Assembly: GCF_009914755.1 (NCBI RefSeq)
Contig: NC_060925.1
Reading direction: 5' to 3' (one strand)
DNA: 64,000 nucleotides
DNA from: the human T2T-CHM13v2.0 reference genome, Homo sapiens
Shown here: piece by piece, positions 34,809 to 64,000 of the stretch
Position numbering within the stretch: position 1 is the first letter of the stretch
Layout of the letters: each line of letters starts with the position of its first letter
The notes under the pieces: model-generated
Told to the model about the DNA's origin: nothing
The model's input: the letters and a program-made list of their open reading frames with translations, nothing else
Database searches by the model: none
Position numbers and translations under genes: made by a program

Positions 34809-36459
34809 TCCCCCCATAGAGTATGTAAAATGATTAGAAATGACAACAGACTATCATTTAGTATCAGATTAGTGTGTGTATATGCCATAAATTATTTCCT
34901 TAGCAATTCCTTTAGTATTTTTGTTGCAATAATTCTTTAAACGCTACATTTGTAATGCTGTCTTGGAGCCTAGGAATTATTTTTGGAGATATTTATGCAG
35001 ACTTCCCTCTATAATGATCGGTTTTTTATTATGGTTAATCCATAAATATTTTGAGATGTATCTCTAAAAAACGAGCACTCTTTGAAAACATAACCACAAT
35101 GCCATTATTATACCTACAAAAATTAACCACAATTCCTTAAAACATAATGATGCCTTTTTGAAGAGAGATATATTGAGACTTCATTCTGGGGAGAAACCTT
35201 TCAGATAACTTTATTTACCTTTTCCTTTGCCAAGCATACAACATTAGATTTGAAATATGCTTTGTATCAAGTGGAAGTGTCTCTTAAGATAGCCCCTAGA
35301 ACAACACATCAAGAGGCCCACCAAAGAGGACCAGAGAAAGGTGACTGAAGGAGCCATACTCAGGCAGGGAAATACGGAGAGAAAGCAGAGGAATTGGCTC
35401 CTAATGCTTCACTGTACTTAATGAAATAGATACTCCATCCTTACAGACATAATTGGAAGTAAGTCAAGTTCAACTTCTTTGTTTTATATGGAGATAGAAC
35501 AGTTTCAATCACGTGAGTATTATAAGTGTGAATTATCTAAAGTAAAGCTATAAATCCAGAATATATACCAGTATCTCTAGAATTTTTCATATTACTACAT
35601 TTACTTAAAAAAAAAGCTGGCCTCTAACTCTTAAGTCCTGTATGACTGATGGGCAGAAAAAGAGTGAGGTATACACTGTTTCTTAAAATTGTTCTACCAT
35701 GTTTCTATGGTCTTAGATTTCCCAAGAATTTGAATTTCTCCAATTGCTTATTTCCCTGAAAGACATGACTATGACTTTTCTCTGTAGTTCCTGCCTCAGT
35801 GATCTCATACAGTCTTTGGCTTAAAATACCGTCTCTGTTTAACAGCTGCCAGATTCACATCTCCAGCCCAGACCTCTCCCGAACTCCAGCCTTGTTCTAA
35901 CCTTTGGGCCGTTTCACTAGCTGTTGCAGATGCCCTATACCCTTACCTTCTCATCTTTGCTCAATTGTTGCCTTCTTACTGAAGCCTATCCTGTCCATAC
36001 TATTTAATACTGCAGCTGTCTACCTTCCAGATCGAGAAATCCCATACCCCTTTCACCTGCTCTATGTTTTTCATATCACCTATCACCCTAGATACTTCAC
36101 ATATTTGTGTTTATTGTTTACTGTTGTTTCCCCTGGCTATAATGTAAGCTCCATGTGGGCAGGGGCCTTTGTTTTTTTCACTGATATATCACAAGTGCCT
36201 AAAACAGTGCCTGACACGCAGAAGGGACTCAGTAAATATGTATTGAATGGTTTTGATTTGAACTGAATTGAACTATGTATCCATGATGCAAGTAAAGAAA
36301 TGTAATCCATATACTTTCCTACCTACATTTTATATGTGAGGAAATATTTTTTGTTTCCTTTTTCTTTTCTGTGCAAGTGGACCAATATTTGAGAATCGTA
36401 TACCTTTGAGAATCATAGCTGATATACTTTAAGATAAAAGGGTATTTCTGTGTTAATTT

Positions 36460-41270
<4,811 letters not shown>

Positions 41271-41348
41271 TTTGGAGTATTTCTTTCCAGCAGACACATA
41301 TTAGTACCCAGTTATGAAAATTTTTTCAAACTCACGTGTGCTAATGCC

Positions 41349-42358
41349 TGTAGGGAAAAGAAAGAGAGATCAGACTGTTACTGTGTCTATGTAGAAAGGA
41401 AAGACATAAGAGACTCCATTTTGAAAAAGACCTGTACTTTGCACAATTGCTTTGCTGAGATGTTAATTTGTAGCTTTGCCCCAGCCACTTTGACCCAACC
41501 TGGAGTTCACAAAAACATGTGTTGTATGAAATCAAGGTTTAAGGGATCCAGGGCTGTGTAGGACGTGCCTTGTTAACAAGATGTTTACGAGCGGTATACT
41601 TGGTAAAAGTCATTGCCATTCTCTAGTCTCAATAAACCAGGGGCACAATGCACTGCGGAAAGCCGCAGGGACCTCTGCCCTTGAAAGCGGGGTATTGTCC
41701 AAGGTTTCTCCCCATGTGATAGTCTGAACTATGGCCTCGTGGGATGAGAAAGACCTGACTGTCCCCCAGCCCAACACCCGTAAAGAGTCTGTGCTGAGGT
41801 GGATTAGTAAAAGAGGAAAGCCTCTTGCAGTTGAGATAGAGGAAGGCCACTGTCTCCCACCTGCCCCTGGGAACTGAATGTCTCGGTATAAAACCCGATT
41901 GTACATTTGTTCAATTCTGAGATGAGAGAAAAACCGTCCTGTGGTGGGAGGCAAGACATGTTTACAGCAATGCTGCCTTGTTTTTCTTTACTCCACTGAG
42001 ATGTTTGGGTGGAGAGAAACATAAATCTGGCTTACGTGCACGTCCAGTCATAGTACCTTCCCTTGACTTAATTATGACATAGATTCTATTGCTCACATGT
42101 TTGTTGCTGACCTTCTCCTTATTATCACCCTGCCCTCCTACTACATTCCTTTTTGCTGAAATAATGAAGATAATAATCAATAAAAACTGAGGGAACTCAG
42201 AGACCGGTGCCGGTGCAGGTCCTTGGTATACTGAGCGCCGGTCCCCTGGGCCCACTGTTGTTTCTCTATACTTTGTCTCTGTCTTATTTCTTTTCTCATT
42301 CTCTCATCCCACCTGACTAGAAATACCCACAGGTGTAGAGGGGCAGGCCACCCCTTCA
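41349..42358 (+). mobile_element. HERV-K(HML-2) solo LTR, LTR5A-like, 1010 bp
   Basis: TGTAGGGAAAAGAAAGAGAGATCAGACTG start, GGCCACCCCTTCA end, TSD ATGCC, TATAAAA 41887, AATAAA 42179. Confidence 0.92.
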
Positions 42359-42439
42359 ATGCCATATCATCTCTTCACCGACCTTTCCCAATCACGTGCT
42401 CCTTTCCCTACCCAGCTTTTGGTCATGATTTTGCAAACA

Positions 42440-46299
<3,860 letters not shown>

Positions 46300-46329
46300 T
46301 TTATATATTATATATATATGTATATATAT

Positions 46330-46365
<36 letters not shown>

Positions 46366-46635
46366 GTATTCCAGAATTTTATTTTTAAATTTTATTGTTT
46401 TCTACAGTGGGTTGATACAAATATCCTAGCCCATCATCTCCCCACCCTGCTTTCCTTTTCTTCATGGTCCTCACAATCGCCTGGGGTATTATCTATTTAT
46501 TTTTCTATTTGTTATTGTCAATTAATTTCAATGTAATTAAGTTCCAAGAAAGCAGGAACTGCGTTTTGTTAACTGCTGTATACGCAGGGCCAATAAGAAT
46601 GTGGGGGTAGATCTTACACACTCAGAATAGATAAC

Positions 46636-46677
46636 TGAATGAATGAATGAATGAATGAATGAGTGAATGAATGAATG
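46636..46677. repeat. (TGAA)n simple repeat (L2 tail) abutting the ZFP69 CpG island
   Basis: Read directly. Confidence 0.85.
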
Positions 46678-46689
46678 ACAGGGAAGGCG

Positions 46690-47510
46690 CTTCACCGGAA
46701 AGGCTGAAGGAGGTCTCCCAAGGACCGCTGTGAGGAAACGGGGGGCGGCGTGGGTGGGTGGCCGCTACCCACGGTTCCGGACGGCCCTCGGGGGCGCGCT
46801 CGGGCGGCTTCCAGCTTCCGGGTTCGAGGGCGCGCGCTGCTTCCCGGGAGAGGGCGGGCTCCGTGGCAGCCCCCTGTGGGCGGAGCCGGCGGCCGGGGCT
46901 CACAACCCGCCGGAAGACGCGCGGGTTGTGGCAGCTGCAGCGGGACCGCGTGGGGTGGGCCCCGGGACCGCCAGGGCTGCAGCGAGAGCGGCCGGCGGTG
47001 CAAGCGGCCGGGAGGGCGCGGCCGGAGGCAGAGGCCAGGCGAGACACCCGGCTGCGGCCTAAGAGGCCAGGCTGGGTGGGCTTGGCTGCAGCCGCCGGCC
47101 CCGTGTTAAAGCGGCAGCCAGGGAGGTGTATCCTCCCCGGGGTCTGCAAGACGCCGGCTCAGGGCATCCCTCCCATTCCGGCCCTCAAAGCCTCGCTCCT
47201 GGGGGCGCTGCTGGGAAAGCCCACCCGCCTGGGCGGGCCCTTGATGGGAATGTGGAGCAGACCCTCGTCCACTCCGGAGGCCGAGGGTCCTCCGGGCTTC
47301 CGAAGGAAGCCGACCTCAACGCTGGACGCTTCTTGGAGAATGATTGCGTTGAGTGGAGATGTGGTCTGTCTATAAAAGGCCGGGAGGGAACAATATCTGT
47401 TACCACTCAGTCCGTCTCTAAAGAGACACTCTTTACCGCTGAAAACCTCAAGAGTGAGCACTCCCACGCCCCCGTCTCTGGTCCTACCTGGGTCCAAGGC
47501 CGATGTGGTG
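46690..47510 (+). promoter_or_regulatory. ZFP69: CpG-island promoter and non-coding exon 1 of ZFP69 (TATAAAAG 47371-47378; donor TG|GTGAGT at 47507/8)
   Basis: Dense CpG; ETS core CTTCCGG 46815; TATA-like box at the 3' edge; strong donor; candidate acceptors at 48640 and 48660. Confidence 0.8.
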
Positions 47511-47734
47511 AGTAGGAGTCTGTGTGCAGTCTTTGAGTCCGAGGGTGGCATGTCTGGGAGCACTGTGAGGGTGGGGCATCTTCGATATGAAGCTTCTCAG
47601 CCATTAACTGTTTCCCGAGTAAGATTCGAAAATTCGTGCACTTTGGTAACAAGACTTTTTATGTATTCAGGGGTGGGATATTTCTCACAAGCTCCAATTC
47701 CTAGAACACACGCAGCTCCTGTCTCTGCATATAG

Positions 47735-47735
<1 letters not shown>

Positions 47736-47773
<38 letters not shown>
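47736..47773. repeat. (CA)n microsatellite in ZFP69 intron 1
   Basis: Read directly. Confidence 0.95.
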
Positions 47774-47776
<3 letters not shown>

Positions 47777-48986
47777 CTATAAGTCACATACCCATCCTTC
47801 TCCAACAAACTTCAAAAAGTTGGGCCAGCTCCCTTCCCACGTAGCTCCGACTGTTCTTGGAGTGCCGTATACTTTGGACCTGGTCACGGTCAAAGCACCT
47901 GCTCAGATTCTAGGGTTTGGTTGAGATGATGGATTTGAGTTGTTTCCAAATTTGCCTATTACTATTCTGCAGTAGTCCTCATTATACTAAATTTACACCA
48001 TTTGAAGACATACCCTCTTCCCCAATTTTAACATTTCTGAAACCAAGATGCATCTTCCCAGTGTGGTTCCAAGGAACTTGCCAGCTGCTGGGCATCTGCG
48101 TGGGTGGTGACGTGGCTGTCACTGCTTGTTCATGCCAAAATGCAGCTATGTCATTATTCTGTCAGTTGAGATATTTTGAACTTTAAATTCAGATTTAATG
48201 GTTTCTAAAAATAACTTTAAAAATTAATACTATGATTCAGCAATATGATAACAGGTTTATAACAATGTTCATTAAGGGTTTACTGTATGCCTAGCATTGT
48301 CTCAACCAACATTACAACTCTATAGAATACAATTATTATCTCCATTTTATAGATTAAGAAACTGAAGCTGAGAGTTGAAGTGTCATAGAGCTTTTAAGTG
48401 CAAGTGTCAGGTTTCTAAGCCAGGCTGTCTGATTTCAAAGCCTGCCCTCTTAAACCCCGTCTGTGTCCAGGCAGAAGATGCATGCAGCTTACAAGGAGGG
48501 AAGATGAGGCATGGTCTGTGCATGTTTGTACATCTTTGCATGTTTGTGTATGTATGTATAGAACTGGAGATAGAGCCACGTCCAGGAACATGTATTATAT
48601 TTATTCCTGCATGGATATTTTTCTTTTGGGTATTTTGCAGTTTTAAATATATTTCTGCAGATTCTGGAGTTCTGGAGACAAGTGCTTCTGGATCCCTCTT
48701 CCCTTCCCTTTTGCTCCTCTAAAGAGTATGGAGACATGAACTCAAACCTAACTAACTGGCTGCCTCCCAAAGAAAGTGCTTGATTTAAAGGGGAGTTTGT
48801 TTTCCAGAATTGTTAAAGTCACATCAGTCTCTAGGAACCCCCAGGTCCTGGTGCTGCAGGGACACACCAGAGTCCTGAGGGCAGGTGATTGGAATCTGAG
48901 CAACACCCCACAACTGTGAAGCGTCTCATCAAGAGCTTCTGGCAATTTCCTCACCAGAAGTGGACAAGTCCAGTAAGGCAGGCGTC

Positions 48987-59241
<10,255 letters not shown>

Positions 59242-59252
59242 GTGAGACCAAG

Positions 59253-59959
<707 letters not shown>

Positions 59960-60479
59960 CCAAGGCAGATGGAATTTTAATATGTAGGTCAGAGTGCTCA
60001 AAGCCTCGGCTGTGGGGAGGGCTCAGACCACTGGACAGAGCCTCCACTAAACTAATATCACCCGTCCCTTCCTTACCCCTTTCCTTCACTGAGCCCTTGC
60101 AAAAGTCCCCTGGAGTTGGAGGAAAGAGCAGTCTTGTCCTCATTAAGGTTGAGCTGGATTTTCCCTTTCTCCAGTATCCTAAGGGCTGCCAATCTAAAGC
60201 TTTCTCTAAGCAGTCAAATGTATGTGGTATTTTCACAGAAAACCAATCTCTTTCCAAGACTCCCATTGCATTCTACAAATCTTTAATTTTCCTGCACTCC
60301 ATTTTTACTTCTTGCCAATGTTCATTTTACAATTCCAGCTTCGATTCTCATTCTCTTTTTAACTTATGTATCTTTTTTGTAACAGCTACTTATGAAAACT
60401 CCTGTAAGAGAAATTACCAAAGGATTCCTTCTCAACCAAATGTCGGGGTCCCTAACAATCTCCTCAAACTTTGCTTTTT

Positions 60480-62960
<2,481 letters not shown>

Positions 62961-63849
62961 TTTCTCTTCCTCAACTTACAATAATGAAAATAATAATAAA
63001 AGCTACCATGAATGTTCTTTCCCAGCCTCTGGATGAAATCTCAAAGAGTTCCATTGATGATCCCGTTCCTTTAAATAACAAGAACAGTCTTGACTTTAGT
63101 AAAATGCCTATTTAGTTCAGTGCAATAATAAAAACTCCCAACTTCATTCAAAACTAAACCCTCTCTTCTTCCCCACTAGCTTGACACTCCCTCATGCTCG
63201 GATACTGAATTAGGGAGGGATGCATAAATGGCTTTTCTTTTCCCCCATCATCTTCTTTTCCTCCTCCGCTATTCAAGACCAGAATCAGGGACCTGCAGAG
63301 CATAGATATTATTAGACATTATTATTGCCTGTTGTCATTTAGAATTTGACATTTTGAATTGCTAATGATCCATCTGTGTTGGCTAAAAAAAATCTTATAA
63401 GAAATTAAACCTTTCAGGAATACATAAAGACCTGTCATTTGAAATATTAGTAATGGTGCAACAAATTTATCAAGTAAAAATCTTAAAGGTTAAAGGGTAT
63501 TTTCCTAGAATCTAGCAGCAGTAACAGCATAGCAATCTGGGTTTCTTACAAGTCTCCTTTGTATAAGTAATACTTCCATGAACATATTAATAACTATAGA
63601 AAGAGAAATATATATATATACACACACACAAGTTTCAATAAAAGACAGCATAATGTTCTTGTGTGTATTCTTAGTTCAAACTGTATTTTCTGAACGAATG
63701 TCTCCTGCTGCTGCCAGAGTGGGGAGGGAAACATCTTCCTTTTATCTTTCTGAGATTGTTTTCCAAAAGTAGTTGTCAATTAAAAATACTTATATTCTTA
63801 AGTCATAGCTCTGAAATTTTATTACTTAGTATTATTAGAGCAGGACTAA

Positions 63850-64000
<151 letters not shown>

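Noticed and set aside
41349-42358. HERV-K provirus
   Set aside because: The TSD directly flanks a single LTR; no primer-binding site or gag follows.
46622-47563. Overlapping 100-205 aa ORFs on both strands at the ZFP69 island
   Set aside because: Same CpG-island artefact.

Overview
Human/great-ape genomic DNA (Alu-dense, two CpG islands), recognisable as the tandem KRAB zinc-finger pair ZFP69B (ZNF643) and ZFP69 (ZNF642), both on the + strand. ZFP69B is complete: five coding exons with canonical GT-AG ends add up to 1605 nt (534 aa), encoding a C-terminal SCAN remnant, a linker, KRAB-A, KRAB-B and 9 C2H2 fingers. ZFP69 shows its first four coding exons; its finger exon lies beyond the window. 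The rest is transposon-derived: roughly 55 Alus, old L1/L2/MIR, a decayed ERV-L interior, MaLR LTRs, an LTR10-family solo LTR, an HML-2 (LTR5A-like) solo LTR, and MER58/MER20/Tigger2. I found no new multi-gene system. The best leads are: (i) the lost N-terminal half of the SCAN domain survives as a frameshifted, uORF-laden 5'UTR in both paralogs, and fossil fingers follow the ZFP69B stop; (ii) a recurring set of locally templated insertion/fold-back scars (296-bp inverted copy, 170-bp direct copy, 55-bp hairpin, two 26-bp copies); (iii) an mRNA 3'-UTR retrocopy inserted in the middle of an Alu in a ZFP69 intron; (iv) an intronic tract about as similar between the paralogs as the exon beside it (possible gene conversion); (v) a MaLR LTR 11 nt from the ZFP69 KRAB-B donor. 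All alignments were done by eye, and repeat subfamily names come from memory of consensus sequences.
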